NCBI RefSeq assembly: GCF_052170195.1
Contig: NZ_JBQNAZ010000007.1
Coordinates: forward strand, 21,948 to 85,947
Source of the DNA: Tannerella sp.
GTDB lineage: Bacteria > Bacteroidota > Bacteroidia > Bacteroidales > Tannerellaceae
Direction: 5' to 3'
DNA length: 64,000 nt
How positions within the stretch are numbered: the stretch's first letter is position 1; each line of letters begins with the position of its first letter. Position numbers and translations under genes: made by a program. The notes under the pieces are model-generated. The model was not told the DNA's origin and searched no databases. It saw only the letters and a list, made by a program, of their open reading frames with translations. Shown one piece after another: positions 53,584 through 64,000 of this stretch.

Positions 53584-55424
53584 AAATAAGAGCTATGAGA
53601 AAAGTCATTTTTATCGTTACCGGGCTGTTGTTTTTAGCAGGGACATACCTGAAAGCAGACGGAGTGACATTCAAAGCCTCTGCTCCCAATGCTGTGGTAA
53701 TGGGGCAACAATTCCAACTGACGTATACCGTCAATGAGGAAGGTGCCGGTGGACTTCGCACACCGGATTTAACTGATTTCGATGTGTTGATGGGACCAAC
53801 TTCGTCTGTCAGTAGAAGTATGCAATACATCAATGGAAAATCGAGCAGTTCCTATTCTCAAACTTTTACGTATGTGTTAATGCCTAAAAAAGAAGGCACA
53901 TTTAATTTGGGGCCGGCAACGATAAAAATCAAAAATTCGAATTATAGTTCCAACTCATTAGTTATTAAAGTACTTCCTCCGGATAAGACCGCAGAAGCAG
54001 CATCTTCGGGTTCGGGGGGAAGTCAAGCGTCTTCCGGTTCTTCCAATATCGGAGGTGATGAGTTATTCGTTCGGATGAATGTTTCGAAGCGTAGCGTCTA
54101 TGAACAAGAAGGATTTTTAGTGACATTCAAACTCTATTCTCTGTATGATGCAGCATTGAACGATGTAAAGTTTCCTGAATTTGAGGGATTTCTCGCTCAG
54201 GATATTGAGTTGAATCCACAATGGACACTCGAAAATTATAATGGACGTAATTACCGGGCAGTCGTTATTAAACAGACCGTCCTTTATCCGCAACGTTCGG
54301 GTAAAATTACGATAGAAGGAGGGAAATATGACGCCGTCGTACGCATCCGTTCGAAACAACGTGTGCGCAGTATTTTTGACGACTTCTTCGATACTTATCA
54401 AGATGTGAAAAGAGTGCTTACGACTGCACCGGTAACGATCGATGTTAAGCCTCTTCCGAGTGGTAAACCGGCTTCTTTTCAGGGAGCGGTAGGTTCCTAC
54501 ACCATGAAAGCAAGCATCAGTTCCGATCGCATTAAAACGAACGAAGCTGTTACGATCAACGTAACGCTTTCAGGAAATGGAAATATTAAGTTAGCTAAAA
54601 ATCCGGTAATTACTTTCCCGAATGATTTTGAAGTATATGATCCGAAAGTAGATAATAATATCAAGACGACTCCTTCCGGTACAAGCGGAACAAAATCAAT
54701 TGAATACATGGCAATTCCGCGCTATGCGGGCGATTTTGAGATTCCGGCTGTCCAATTTTCGTATTTTGATCCCAAAGACGGTTCGTATAAGACGCTCCCG
54801 TCTCAACCGTTCAAACTACATGTGGAGAAAGGAATCGGAGGAGAGAATAGTTCTGGACCGGTCATTTCAAATTTCGGTACGCAAGAGAGTGTCAAATATT
54901 TGGGGCAAGACATCCGTTATATCAAAGTTTCAAAGCCTCACTTTGTTTCAAATAAAGAAATTTTCTTCGGTTCATTCATGTACATAATGGCGTATGTACT
55001 GATTGCCGTTTTATTTATCGTCTTCTTTGCCATCTATCGCAAGCAAGTGAAAGAAAATGCAAACATTGCGCTTGTACGTACGAAAAAAGCGAACAAAATA
55101 GCGGTTCGAAGGTTGAAGAAGGCTGAAAAATTACTGAAAGAGAGAAAAAAGGAAGAATTCTACGACGAAGTTCTTCGCGCAGTGTGGGGATATCTGAGCG
55201 ACAAGTTGAATATTCCGCAAGCCAATCTGACAAAAGACAATGTAGAGGCAGAATTAATGGTGTTTGGAGTAGATAAAGAGGTAAGTGATGATTTTATAAA
55301 TATCTTGAATACCTGTGAATTCGCTCGTTATGCCCCCAGTCAGGCTTCCGAAGCAATGGAACAGCTCTTTAAGCAAACGGTAAATGCCATTGGGAAAATG
55401 GAAAACATAATTAAAAAGTCATGA
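53577..55424 (+). CDS. batD: BatD (oxygen-tolerance) family protein
   Basis: 615 aa. Signal peptide (alternative start ATG 53595, MRKVIFIV...), a late TM (FMYIMAYVLIAVLFIVFFAIY) and the expected operon position. Overlaps the batC stop. Confidence 0.78.
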   Translation: MVKIRAMRKVIFIVTGLLFLAGTYLKADGVTFKASAPNAVVMGQQFQLTYTVNEEGAGGLRTPDLTDFDVLMGPTSSVSRSMQYINGKSSSSYSQTFTYVLMPKKEGTFNLGPATIKIKNSNYSSNSLVIKVLPPDKTAEAASSGSGGSQASSGSSNIGGDELFVRMNVSKRSVYEQEGFLVTFKLYSLYDAALNDVKFPEFEGFLAQDIELNPQWTLENYNGRNYRAVVIKQTVLYPQRSGKITIEGGKYDAVVRIRSKQRVRSIFDDFFDTYQDVKRVLTTAPVTIDVKPLPSGKPASFQGAVGSYTMKASISSDRIKTNEAVTINVTLSGNGNIKLAKNPVITFPNDFEVYDPKVDNNIKTTPSGTSGTKSIEYMAIPRYAGDFEIPAVQFSYFDPKDGSYKTLPSQPFKLHVEKGIGGENSSGPVISNFGTQESVKYLGQDIRYIKVSKPHFVSNKEIFFGSFMYIMAYVLIAVLFIVFFAIYRKQVKENANIALVRTKKANKIAVRRLKKAEKLLKERKKEEFYDEVLRAVWGYLSDKLNIPQANLTKDNVEAELMVFGVDKEVSDDFINILNTCEFARYAPSQASEAMEQLFKQTVNAIGKMENIIKKS

Positions 55425-56188
55425 TGATGAAGCTAATATCAAAAATACTGTGTTTTGGATTTATGCACCTGATGTGCGGTATATCTTTGATGGCACAGGA
55501 ATCTGCGTTTAAAGAAGCCGAAGTAGCATATAAACAGGAGAACTATGCCAAGGCTATTGAATTATATGAAGAATTGTTGAAGAACAACGGCGAGTCATAT
55601 CAGATTTACTACAATCTGGGAAATGCGTATTACAAAACGAATAAGATTGCACCGGCTATTTTGAATTACGAACGAGCTTTGTTGCTGAATCCCGGTGATG
55701 GAGACATTCGTTTTAATTTAGAAATGTCCAGACTCCGGACAACAGACAAAATAGAACCGATTGGTGAGTTCTTTTTAGTCAAATGGTTTCGCTCTATCCG
55801 GAATTTATTGAGTGTCGATGTATGGGCAAGTATGGGTATCGTGTGCTTCATACTGTTTATCGGTTGTTTGATTTTATTCTTTTTTTCCAAATGGATGCGC
55901 TTGAAAAAAATCGGATTTTACGCCGGAATCTTTTTATTGCTAACGGTTGTCTTGGCTAATATATTCGCTTGGAGCCAAAAGAAAGCGTTAATAACACGCG
56001 ATACCGCGATTATTTTTGCGTCTACGATTACGATTAAAAGTTCGCCGGATACCAGTGGTACTGATTTGTTTGTTCTGCATGAAGGAACGAAAGTGCAGAT
56101 TAAAAGCACATTGGGAGAATGGTATGAGATCCGTTTAGAGGACGGAAAGGAAGGATGGATTCCTCAAAAAGAGCTTAAAAGAATTTAA
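55421..56188 (+). CDS. batE: TPR plus SH3-domain protein BatE
   Basis: N-terminal TPR (YYNLGNAYYKTNKIAPAILNYERALLLNP), two TM segments and a C-terminal SH3-like domain (GTKVQIKSTLGEWYEIRLEDGKEGWIPQKEL). ATGA overlap with batD. Confidence 0.75.
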   Translation: MMMKLISKILCFGFMHLMCGISLMAQESAFKEAEVAYKQENYAKAIELYEELLKNNGESYQIYYNLGNAYYKTNKIAPAILNYERALLLNPGDGDIRFNLEMSRLRTTDKIEPIGEFFLVKWFRSIRNLLSVDVWASMGIVCFILFIGCLILFFFSKWMRLKKIGFYAGIFLLLTVVLANIFAWSQKKALITRDTAIIFASTITIKSSPDTSGTDLFVLHEGTKVQIKSTLGEWYEIRLEDGKEGWIPQKELKRI

Positions 56189-56194
56189 ACTCGT

Positions 56195-56902
56195 ATGTTG
56201 GAGAGTATTTTAGAATATGAACGGAATCTTTTTTTGTGGCTCAATGGCGGGCATACGCTTTATTGGGACCATTTCTTTTGGATGTATTCCGGGAAGATAG
56301 TATGGATACCCTTAGCGCTTTTTGTTTTGTGGATTATTTGCTACAAAAGGCCATGGAAGGAATCTCTTCTGATCTTATTCTTTATTGCATTGACCATTAC
56401 GCTGTGCGATCAATTTGCGTCAAGCGTATGTAAGCCGTTATTTACGCGTTTCCGTCCTACGCGCCATCCGGATTTTATGGATCATGTCCAAACGGTTATC
56501 AATCCGTTGACCGGCAGTCCGTACCTTGGCGGACGTTACGGATTCATATCCAGTCATGCAGCCAATGCATTCGGATTTGCTACATTTACGATACATCTTT
56601 TTCGTTACCGCTGGTACGCCTATGGCATTATATTATGGGGCATCTTGATGTCGTATACCCGCATTTATTTAGGTGTTCATTTTATTTCCGATATTATTCC
56701 GGGCATTTTATCCGGATGCTTCTTTGGGTGGTTTTGTTTTGAAACTTACCGGGTTATTCGTTCTCGAACGATAAAAAGAGTAGGGGAGTCCTCCCTTCTT
56801 TTGTATGAGATATCTCGTGTTCGTTATATTCTTTACGCTATGTTGGCTACAATCGCTTTTATGCTTGTATATAGTGGATTAGGGGTTCCCACATGGAAGT
56901 GA
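56195..56902 (+). CDS. PAP2-family membrane phosphatase
   Basis: KPLFTRFRPTRHP, SSHAANAFGFA, TRIYLGVHFISDI. Paralogue of 13865..14446. Starts 7 nt after the batE stop. Confidence 0.75.
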   Translation: MLESILEYERNLFLWLNGGHTLYWDHFFWMYSGKIVWIPLALFVLWIICYKRPWKESLLILFFIALTITLCDQFASSVCKPLFTRFRPTRHPDFMDHVQTVINPLTGSPYLGGRYGFISSHAANAFGFATFTIHLFRYRWYAYGIILWGILMSYTRIYLGVHFISDIIPGILSGCFFGWFCFETYRVIRSRTIKRVGESSLLLYEISRVRYILYAMLATIAFMLVYSGLGVPTWK

Positions 56903-57037
56903 GCAGATAAACATGTTATAAAACATAACCATCTTATTTGAAAAAAGCTCCGGAAAGTTTGGCTTATTTAATTTTAGTGGCTATATTAGGGCGCGAATAT
57001 TAATAATATTATTAACCCATAAAAATAAACATGAACC

Positions 57038-57304
57038 ATGACGAAAACAATCACTTTTAACGAACTTCGGGATATTAAAGATCGTTTGCCTGATGGTACG
57101 ATTCATCGTATTGCTGCTGAATTAGGGGTATCGGTAGAGACTGTCCGAAATTACTTCGGGGGAGAAAATTACAAGGATGGTAAAAGTTGCGGATTACATA
57201 TTGAATCAGGCCCTAACGGGGGTATTGTGGTTTTAAGTGACACCACCATTCTGGATCGAGCGTTGGACATTTTAGGAGCAAATCCTTTATCAGACGATGT
57301 GTGA
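57038..57304 (+). CDS. small putative DNA-binding (HTH-like) protein
   Basis: 88 aa. IHRIAAELGVSVETVRNYFGG looks like an HTH motif. The stop overlaps the start region of the Usp gene. Confidence 0.45.
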   Translation: MTKTITFNELRDIKDRLPDGTIHRIAAELGVSVETVRNYFGGENYKDGKSCGLHIESGPNGGIVVLSDTTILDRALDILGANPLSDDV

Positions 57305-57306
57305 GT

Positions 57307-58425
57307 ATGGAAAAGCAGTTAGTTACATTAGCTATTCACACGTATGAAAAGGCTCAGATTTTGAAGACGCTTCTTGAATCGGAAGGAATAGAGGCCTATA
57401 TTCATAATGTGAATCAGATCCAACCCGTCATCTCAGCAGGCGTTCGTATACGCATCAAAGAGAGTGACTTGCCACGAGCTTTACGGCTAATTGAGGATAC
57501 TCAATGGCTGGATGAAACAGAAAAAGAAGATGCACCTGAGCAAAACCTGAAAAAGGTTTTAATTCCTGTCGACTTTTCGGATTATTCGATCAAAGCGTGT
57601 GAAATAGGGATAAATTATGCACATCAGATTGGGGCAGAAGTCATGTTATTACATGCTTATTTCAGCACGTATATTCCTTCTGCGTTACCGTTTGCGACTC
57701 GTGATCCCGTGGCAACGGGAGTTCCCAATAATGAAAATATCCATCTCGTCTATAAGCAGGTACAAAAGGATATTGAAAACATTTGTACGCTAATAAATCG
57801 GAAGATGGAATGTGGAGAATGGCCTAGCGTCAAATATAACTATATCCTGAGAGAAGGTTTGCCGGAAGAAGAAATTATGGCTTACGCCAAAGAGTATCAT
57901 CCGACCTTGATCGTCATGGGTACACGCGGGAAAAATCAGAAAAATGCAGATCTGATTGGAAGTGTCACAGGTGAAGTCATTGAACAAACGAATATGCCGC
58001 TTTTGGCTATTCCCGAACATGTTCCTTTCAGTAATCTGAATGAAACCCAAAAGATTGCCTTTGCAATTTCTTTTAACCAGCGTGATATTTTGGCGTTCGA
58101 TAAGTTTGTCGATTTCTTCAAAGAACATCCGGTACAAATTCAGCTATTTAATATCTCGACCAGTCGCAACGAGTGGAATGATATTCGTTTATCGGGATTG
58201 AACGAGTATCTTAAGAAACAATATCCGGAGTTGAAAATAGAATATACCGTATTGAACGACGGAGATTTATTGGAAGCTATTGAGACATTTGTCAAAGAAA
58301 AACAAATCGATATGATTGCATTTAGCACATATCGCCGCAGTATGATCACACGGATATTTAATCCGAGTCTTGCGCGTAAAATGCTTTTCCATAGTAATAC
58401 ACCGCTTTTGGTGATTCCAATTTAA
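57307..58425 (+). CDS. DUF2007-like N-domain plus tandem universal stress protein (UspA) domains
   Basis: N-terminus LVTLAIHTYEKAQILKTLLESEGIEAYIHN, then two Usp halves (KVLIPVDFSDYS...GTRGKN...; KIAFAISF...PLLVIP). Confidence 0.78.
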   Translation: MEKQLVTLAIHTYEKAQILKTLLESEGIEAYIHNVNQIQPVISAGVRIRIKESDLPRALRLIEDTQWLDETEKEDAPEQNLKKVLIPVDFSDYSIKACEIGINYAHQIGAEVMLLHAYFSTYIPSALPFATRDPVATGVPNNENIHLVYKQVQKDIENICTLINRKMECGEWPSVKYNYILREGLPEEEIMAYAKEYHPTLIVMGTRGKNQKNADLIGSVTGEVIEQTNMPLLAIPEHVPFSNLNETQKIAFAISFNQRDILAFDKFVDFFKEHPVQIQLFNISTSRNEWNDIRLSGLNEYLKKQYPELKIEYTVLNDGDLLEAIETFVKEKQIDMIAFSTYRRSMITRIFNPSLARKMLFHSNTPLLVIPI

Positions 58426-58509
58426 TCGTTCGTTTTCACCATAATTACTATTATGTAAAATAGGGATATTCCGATCATACAATTTATAAATATCGTTTAT
58501 GCAAAAAAA

Positions 58510-58536
58510 GAGCTGAACTCAATTTGAGTTCAGCTC
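58510..58536. terminator. bidirectional rho-independent terminator
   Basis: 12-bp stem GAGCTGAACTCA / TGAGTTCAGCTC flanked by an upstream A7 and a downstream T5, between convergent genes. Confidence 0.75.
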
Positions 58537-58558
58537 CTTTTTATTGTTCAACAACACA

Positions 58559-59776
58559 TTACTTATTCATTTCGGCATCTATCTCATTGAATTTTTCGTT
58601 CATATTCAGATTGTAATAGATACCTCTCAGTCCGATTAAAAATTCTTTTTCATCGGGTTTAAGTTCACGTGCCTTTTCAAAAAACGGCAACGCTTTTCTG
58701 AAGAGTTCTTCGGCCTTTGCTTTCTCTTGTTTGTATTGAGTCGCATCCGATATCGAATTCGCTTTATCTAAAGTGCTTACTCCTTGGTTGTAATAAATAC
58801 GCCCCATGCTGAAGTTATTGGCCGCACTATTGGGATCCAATTCAACCGCTTTTTTGTATGCTTCTTCAGCCTGATCATAATCTTTCAAACCGGTTTCGTA
58901 GACGCTTCCTTTAGCATAATACAATTGAGCACTATTCGCATTTTTCGAAATAGCAGTGTTCAATAATTGCAAAGCCTGGTCATTTCTTCCGGTGTAGATG
59001 TACAGATTAATCAGACTATTCAAGAAATAGCTTGAATCGGGAAATAAAGCCATCCCCTCTTCCAGCGTTTTTTCGATGTTCGCTGTATCTTTTGCCTGTT
59101 CGTACTCGTAGCACAGCGACTGATATATATCGTAACGTCGATAGTCCGTATCCTTTGCCCGATTCAGATTCTTAATAGCGAGCTCTACATCATCCAGTTG
59201 CATAGCTGCGATAGCCGAATAGAACTGTACGATCATATAGTTTGAATCTTTCTGGGCTACCTTCTCATCTTTCATAAAAGGCAGGTTTGCAATCTCGATG
59301 TATTGATCAAAGAAATCACAGGATTTCTTGTAATCTTTTTGATCAAAGTAATAGGCTCCACCGTTCAGATAGTAAATATGATTGGCATTGAGCGTACCTT
59401 TGATATGTTTGGTATATTTCGGTTTTACCTTTCCTTTCTCATTCGGGAGCTGATCCAATTCATAGGCTTTTTTGAAGAACGGCAAAATATTCGCAAGAGC
59501 TTCATACATCACCGGTTCATTCGGTTGTTGACCTAAAATCTGCTTGGTACTTTCGGAACTGAATTGAGTGTCTTCGATTTGTCCGGCCACATACCATGTT
59601 TTTGCATCATCCTTTGTTTCCGGATTTTCCAATGCTCCTTTAATCAAGGTCCGTGCTTCGTTAAAGTCAGGCTTCGAATCTTTCGCAATACGCTCAGCCT
59701 CCGTTACCGCTTTTTTTTGCGCAAATACAGTTGTTGCCATCAGGCAGAAACCGATTGTCATTAATACTTGTTTCAT
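58559..59776 (-). CDS. secreted tetratricopeptide-repeat protein
   Basis: 405 aa. Signal peptide MKQVLMTIGFCLMATTVFA and multiple TPR-like repeats. Downstream of gyrA. Confidence 0.75.
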   Translation of the reverse strand: MKQVLMTIGFCLMATTVFAQKKAVTEAERIAKDSKPDFNEARTLIKGALENPETKDDAKTWYVAGQIEDTQFSSESTKQILGQQPNEPVMYEALANILPFFKKAYELDQLPNEKGKVKPKYTKHIKGTLNANHIYYLNGGAYYFDQKDYKKSCDFFDQYIEIANLPFMKDEKVAQKDSNYMIVQFYSAIAAMQLDDVELAIKNLNRAKDTDYRRYDIYQSLCYEYEQAKDTANIEKTLEEGMALFPDSSYFLNSLINLYIYTGRNDQALQLLNTAISKNANSAQLYYAKGSVYETGLKDYDQAEEAYKKAVELDPNSAANNFSMGRIYYNQGVSTLDKANSISDATQYKQEKAKAEELFRKALPFFEKARELKPDEKEFLIGLRGIYYNLNMNEKFNEIDAEMNK

Positions 59777-59803
59777 GTCATTTAAAATTTTGATGTTAAT
59801 ACT

Positions 59804-62371
59804 TTATTCTTTTTCTTCTTCAATCATGTTGTTGTTATCTTCTATGACCTCCGTACTGTTTTCCGGTTTAATTTCGTTCGTAACTTCTTCTGTTTCTTCA
59901 TCGCCGATTTTATTTTCTTCCGATTCCGATACAACTTTGCATACGGATGCGATTTCATCGTTACGTTTTTCTAAATTAATCAGTCGAACACCTTGTGTTG
60001 CACGGCCGATAATATTCAAATCAGCTACTTTCATACGGATCGTAATGCCGGATTTATTGATGATCATCAAGTCGTTTTCTTCTGTTACATTCTTAATTCC
60101 CACCAATTTGCCGGTCTTTTCTGTGACGTTGATCGTTTTGACTCCCTTTCCTCCCCGGTTGGTAATCCGGTAGTCGTCGATCTTCGAACGTTTCCCATAG
60201 CCTTGTTCCGAGACAACGAGAATGGTCTCTTTTTCCGTATCTTTGATACAAACCATGCCGATCGCTTCGTCGTTTTCGTCATCTAAAGTCATTCCGCGTA
60301 CCCCGGCAGCTGTACGTCCCATCACACGCACTTTGCTTTCATGGAAACGGATGGCCCGGCCATTTCGATTGGCAATCAACACGTCGTTGTTTCCATCCGT
60401 CAGTCGTACTTGAATCACTCCATCTCCTTCATGCAGAGTAATGGCATTGACGCCATTTTGGCGTGGGCGTGAATAAGCAGCCAAGAGTGTTTTTTTAATC
60501 ACTCCTTTTTTCGTGCAGAAGAGTAAATAATGTGAGTTGGTAAATTCCGTATCGGTCGTTAAGTTCTTGATCCGGATAAATGCGTTTACGCTATCGTCCG
60601 AATCAATATTTAAGAAGTTCTGGATCGCTCTTCCTTTTGCATTTTTAGCCCCCTCAGGTATTTCGAATACTTTTTTCCAGAAGCATCGTCCTTTAGCGGT
60701 GAAAAACAAAATCGTAGCATGCATCGATGCTGGATAAATATATTCGACGAAGTCTTCTTCGCGTGTTTCGGAACCTTTCGCCCCTACTCCACCTCGCGCT
60801 TGTGCACGGAATTCGCTCAACGGAGTACGTTTAATATATCCCATGTGCGAAACGGTAATAATCATTTCATCATCGGCATAAAAATCTTCCGGATTTAATT
60901 CTTCGGAGGCATACACAATGTCGGTCTTACGTTCATCTCCGTATTTATCAATGATTTCCTGGAATTCGTCCCGAATGACTCCCATCAACCTATCTTCATT
61001 TTCCAGAATTTCTTTTAATCGTGCGATTAATTTTTCTATCTCTTCATATTCGGCACGCAACTTTTCCTGTTCAAGTCCGGTTAATTGGCGTAACCGCATT
61101 TCAACGATAGCCCGGGCTTGTATTTCAGTCAATTCGAAACGCACCATCAAATTACTAATCGCCTCCTGAGGACTTCCTGATTTCTTTATGATGGCGATTA
61201 CTTCGTCGATATTGTCTGAAGCAATAATCAATCCTTCCAGAATATGAGCGCGTTCTTCAGCTTTCTTCAGATCATATTTAGTGCGGCGGATCACTACCTC
61301 CCGCCGATGATCAACAAAATTTCCGATCAATTCTTTCAGATTCATCAGCTTCGGTCGCCCATTGACCAATGCGATATTGTTGACACTGAATGACGACTGC
61401 AAGGCGGTCATCTTATACAGTTTATTAAGTACGACATTCGCATTCGCCTCGCGTTTTACATCGACCACGATACGCATGCCGCTACGGTCTGATTCGTCAT
61501 TTACATTTGAGATACCGTCGATACGCTTCTCGTTTACGAGATCGGCAATCGCTTTGATCAGTTCGGCTTTATTTACAAGGTATGGAATCTCGCTGATGAT
61601 GATTTTGTCATGTGCCTGTGCACTTTCTATTTCCGCTTTTCCACGGAGTACGATACGTCCGCGTCCCGTCTCAAACGCATCTTTGACGCCGGCATACCCG
61701 TAGATAGTAGCACCTGTCGGGAAATCAGGCGCTTTTACATAAGCCATTAGCCCGAGTACATCGATTTCTCCACGAGCATCGATATAAGCTTGACAAGCCT
61801 GAAGAACTTCTTTCATATTGTGCGGAGGCATATTGGTTGCCATTCCTACCGCAATTCCTGAAGCTCCGTTAATCAAGAGGTTCGGTATACGTGTGGGAAG
61901 TACGACAGGTTCTCGTAATGTGTCATCAAAATTCAGTTGGAAATCAACCGTATCCTTATCAATGTCGCGTAGCATCTCTTCAGCCAGTTTGCTCATACGC
62001 GCTTCCGTGTAACGCATAGCCGCAGGGTTGTCTCCGTCTACAGAACCGAAATTCCCCTGTCCGTCTACTAAGGTGTAACGCATCGACCAGTTTTGTGCCA
62101 AACGAACCAATGCGAAATAAACAGAGGAGTCCCCATGTGGGTGATACTTACCCAATACTTCTCCGACGATTCTCGCCGATTTTTTGTACGGCTTATCGGA
62201 GGTATTCCCCAGTTCACTCATACCAAAGAGGATGCGTCGATGAACGGGTTTGAATCCATCTCTTACATCCGGAAGTGCACGCGAAACAATGACCGACATT
62301 GAATAATCAATGTAGGCTGATTTCATTTCATTATTAATGTCAATCTTAATAATTCTATCTTTTTCAGTCAT
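59804..62371 (-). CDS. gyrA: DNA gyrase subunit A
   Basis: [31 protein letters not shown], the [13 protein letters not shown], active-site AAMRYTE, C-terminal beta-pinwheel repeats and an acidic tail. Confidence 0.97.
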   Translation of the reverse strand: MTEKDRIIKIDINNEMKSAYIDYSMSVIVSRALPDVRDGFKPVHRRILFGMSELGNTSDKPYKKSARIVGEVLGKYHPHGDSSVYFALVRLAQNWSMRYTLVDGQGNFGSVDGDNPAAMRYTEARMSKLAEEMLRDIDKDTVDFQLNFDDTLREPVVLPTRIPNLLINGASGIAVGMATNMPPHNMKEVLQACQAYIDARGEIDVLGLMAYVKAPDFPTGATIYGYAGVKDAFETGRGRIVLRGKAEIESAQAHDKIIISEIPYLVNKAELIKAIADLVNEKRIDGISNVNDESDRSGMRIVVDVKREANANVVLNKLYKMTALQSSFSVNNIALVNGRPKLMNLKELIGNFVDHRREVVIRRTKYDLKKAEERAHILEGLIIASDNIDEVIAIIKKSGSPQEAISNLMVRFELTEIQARAIVEMRLRQLTGLEQEKLRAEYEEIEKLIARLKEILENEDRLMGVIRDEFQEIIDKYGDERKTDIVYASEELNPEDFYADDEMIITVSHMGYIKRTPLSEFRAQARGGVGAKGSETREEDFVEYIYPASMHATILFFTAKGRCFWKKVFEIPEGAKNAKGRAIQNFLNIDSDDSVNAFIRIKNLTTDTEFTNSHYLLFCTKKGVIKKTLLAAYSRPRQNGVNAITLHEGDGVIQVRLTDGNNDVLIANRNGRAIRFHESKVRVMGRTAAGVRGMTLDDENDEAIGMVCIKDTEKETILVVSEQGYGKRSKIDDYRITNRGGKGVKTINVTEKTGKLVGIKNVTEENDLMIINKSGITIRMKVADLNIIGRATQGVRLINLEKRNDEIASVCKVVSESEENKIGDEETEEVTNEIKPENSTEVIEDNNNMIEEEKE

Positions 62372-62635
62372 TTAGTATGTTGTTAATAATTCTTCAACTG
62401 TATATTCGAAAAAAACACGCTAATTTACGGGTTTTTTACCAATGGGCAAATGTTTTACTGTAAAAAAATGCAAGAATACGTTCAATACTCTTTAGTGTGT
62501 CTTGAAAGTGGGTACTGTTTTATTGAAGAATATGTTAACCAAATGATATTCTGTTTGATATTGTGATATGCAGACGAAAAGCGTTTTTTTTAATAATCTT
62601 AATAAGATTCTTTCGTTATTGAATCAATTATCTTT

Positions 62636-62643
62636 TAAATTTG
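62636..62643 (+). promoter_or_regulatory. -7 box (TAAATTTG) upstream of the DUF3298 gene
   Basis: TAaaTTTG lies 32 nt upstream of ATG 62675. Confidence 0.4.
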
Positions 62644-62674
62644 CATCGTAAATATGTTTAATCATGCAATAGAG

Positions 62675-63523
62675 ATGAAGATATATATCGTGAAAACCTT
62701 TTTTGTCTGGTTAGTAGCTGTCGGCCTTTTATCGGCATGCGGTTCGGACGCCAAAAAGGTAAAAGAAAATGATATTCGTTTTGATACGATGACTCTAAAA
62801 GAGAGTTATCATATGAAAAATATAGAGACGAATCCCGGTTGTTCATTGCAAATAAACTTTCTGTATCCGGCCGAATATCAAAATCAACAAGTTTTAAAAG
62901 CTGCACAGCAACAGTTTATCAGAGCTTTTTTAGGCGATGATTATATGCAATGCTCGCCAAGAGAGGCCGTGAGTCTATATGCTGTGAATTATCTGAATGA
63001 TTTTAAGAAACGTGAAACAGACTTTGAGTCGGACGTTGAAGAGCATGGTTCGGAGCCGAACGATGAATGGTACTCAAGCTATGAGATTCTCAGCGACAGC
63101 ATTTATTACAATCAAAATGATTTATTAAGTATGGTGGTCTCGAAGGAATACGATACGGGAGGGGCACATAACGCACACCATTATACGAACCGTGTTATTG
63201 ATCTGAGGACAGGTGAACGAGTGACGGAAGCAGCCGTTTTTATCGAAGATTATCAGGATGATTTGGCTAAAATTATTGTAGATGCCATTGCGCTATATAA
63301 TAATGTAGATAAGGTATCAGAGCTTGAGAATATCGGTTTTTTCAATATCAATGAAATTTATCCGAATAAGAACTTTTATGTGGATGAAATCGGGATTACA
63401 TACACGTTTAATGAATACGAGATCGCAGCGTATGTGGTAGGCGCCACCTCAGTCCGGATTCCATACGAAAAAATACGCCATTTGCTGCGTAAAGAAAGTC
63501 CGATTGCCCATATCGCTTTTTGA
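62675..63523 (+). CDS. DUF3298/DUF4163 domain-containing lipoprotein
   Basis: Lipobox VGLLSACGS. SMVVSKEYDTGGAHNAHHYTNRVIDLRTGE is the DUF3298 signature. Confidence 0.72.
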   Translation: MKIYIVKTFFVWLVAVGLLSACGSDAKKVKENDIRFDTMTLKESYHMKNIETNPGCSLQINFLYPAEYQNQQVLKAAQQQFIRAFLGDDYMQCSPREAVSLYAVNYLNDFKKRETDFESDVEEHGSEPNDEWYSSYEILSDSIYYNQNDLLSMVVSKEYDTGGAHNAHHYTNRVIDLRTGERVTEAAVFIEDYQDDLAKIIVDAIALYNNVDKVSELENIGFFNINEIYPNKNFYVDEIGITYTFNEYEIAAYVVGATSVRIPYEKIRHLLRKESPIAHIAF

Positions 63524-63526
63524 GAC

Positions 63527-64000
63527 ATGGAGGTTATCGAGCATTATTATCCTGGCCTGAGCGAGTTGCAACGCAAGCAATACGCGGCATTGTATGATCT
63601 TTATGCAGAATGGAATGCGAAGATCAATGTCATATCCCGGAAAGATATAGATAATTTGTATATTCACCATGTGCTGCACTCGCTGAGCATTGAAAAATTG
63701 GTTCACTTCAGACCCGGAACGGCAGTCATGGATGTCGGTACAGGGGGAGGATTTCCGGGTATTCCGCTGGCGATTCTTTTTCCGGATGTCTCGTTTCATT
63801 TGATCGACAGTATCGGAAAGAAAATTAAAGTCGTGCAGGCGGTGGCCGAGGCTATCGGGCTGAAAAATATTACGACATGCCACGAACGGGTGGAAAGTGA
63901 AAAGGGGCATTTTGACTTTATAGTAAGCCGTGCGGTAATGCCACTGCAAGATTTAGCAGGGTTGGTCCGTAAGAACATACGAAACACGCAGCAGAATTCG
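63527..64000 (+). CDS. rsmG: 16S rRNA (guanine527-N7)-methyltransferase RsmG, 3'-truncated by the window edge
   Basis: Hand translation from ATG 63527: MEVIEHYYPGLSELQRKQYAALYDLYAEWNAKINVISRKDIDNLYIHHVLHSL...VMDVGTGGGFPGIPLAILFPDVSFHLIDSIGKKIKV... It is absent from the ORF track because no stop falls within the window. Confidence 0.88.
   Translation, partial: MEVIEHYYPGLSELQRKQYAALYDLYAEWNAKINVISRKDIDNLYIHHVLHSLSIEKLVHFRPGTAVMDVGTGGGFPGIPLAILFPDVSFHLIDSIGKKIKVVQAVAEAIGLKNITTCHERVESEKGHFDFIVSRAVMPLQDLAGLVRKNIRNTQQNS

Overview
This window looks like a chromosomal segment of a Bacteroidota genome, probably order Bacteroidales. Three things support that: a SusC/SusD pair under ECF-sigma/anti-sigma control, a complete Bat/MoxR aerotolerance operon and gldD/gldE, and many TAnnTTTG -7 promoter boxes 20-100 nt upstream of start codons.

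I call about 60 protein genes and one tRNA-Ser(GCU). Most are housekeeping:
- lysS-gpsA-pgi
- proline dehydrogenase, a GH29 fucosidase and a 5'-nucleotidase
- pyruvoyl arginine decarboxylase, PAP2 phosphatases and an SDR-type threonine dehydrogenase-like gene
- mutY-ssb-gldE-gldD-PPTase
- HU plus a polybasic micro-ORF plus RNase G
- AMP nucleosidase and holA
- iorAB and mltG
- ftsY-rimO followed by two HU-like genes
- moxR-DUF58-batABCDE
- gyrA and rsmG (3'-truncated by the window edge)

I saw no rRNA, cas genes, transposase, integrase or recognisable defence or toxin genes.

The most unusual signal is non-coding. Two homologous, collinear arrays sit at 24514-25131 (28 units) and 41803-42209 (19 units). 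Both are built on a rigid 22-bp period with a short palindromic core, TTC-N-GAA(C), and 14-bp variable segments. Each array completely fills a convergent intergenic gap and follows a lower-GC islet of small orphan lipoprotein genes. They are not CRISPR arrays and do not appear to be coding.

Secondary oddities:
- an ~800-bp AT-rich non-coding island carrying TACAATTGTA palindromes upstream of an XRE-type HTH gene
- tandem ATGAGTAA-N-TTACTCAT palindromes upstream of a tiny lipoprotein gene
- an HU-TM-LysM fusion protein translationally coupled to an HU paralogue
- a minimal SusC/D locus whose only cargo is a Tat-exported xylose-isomerase-like TIM-barrel protein

All calls come from reading the sequence and the ORF track. 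No database searches were run.
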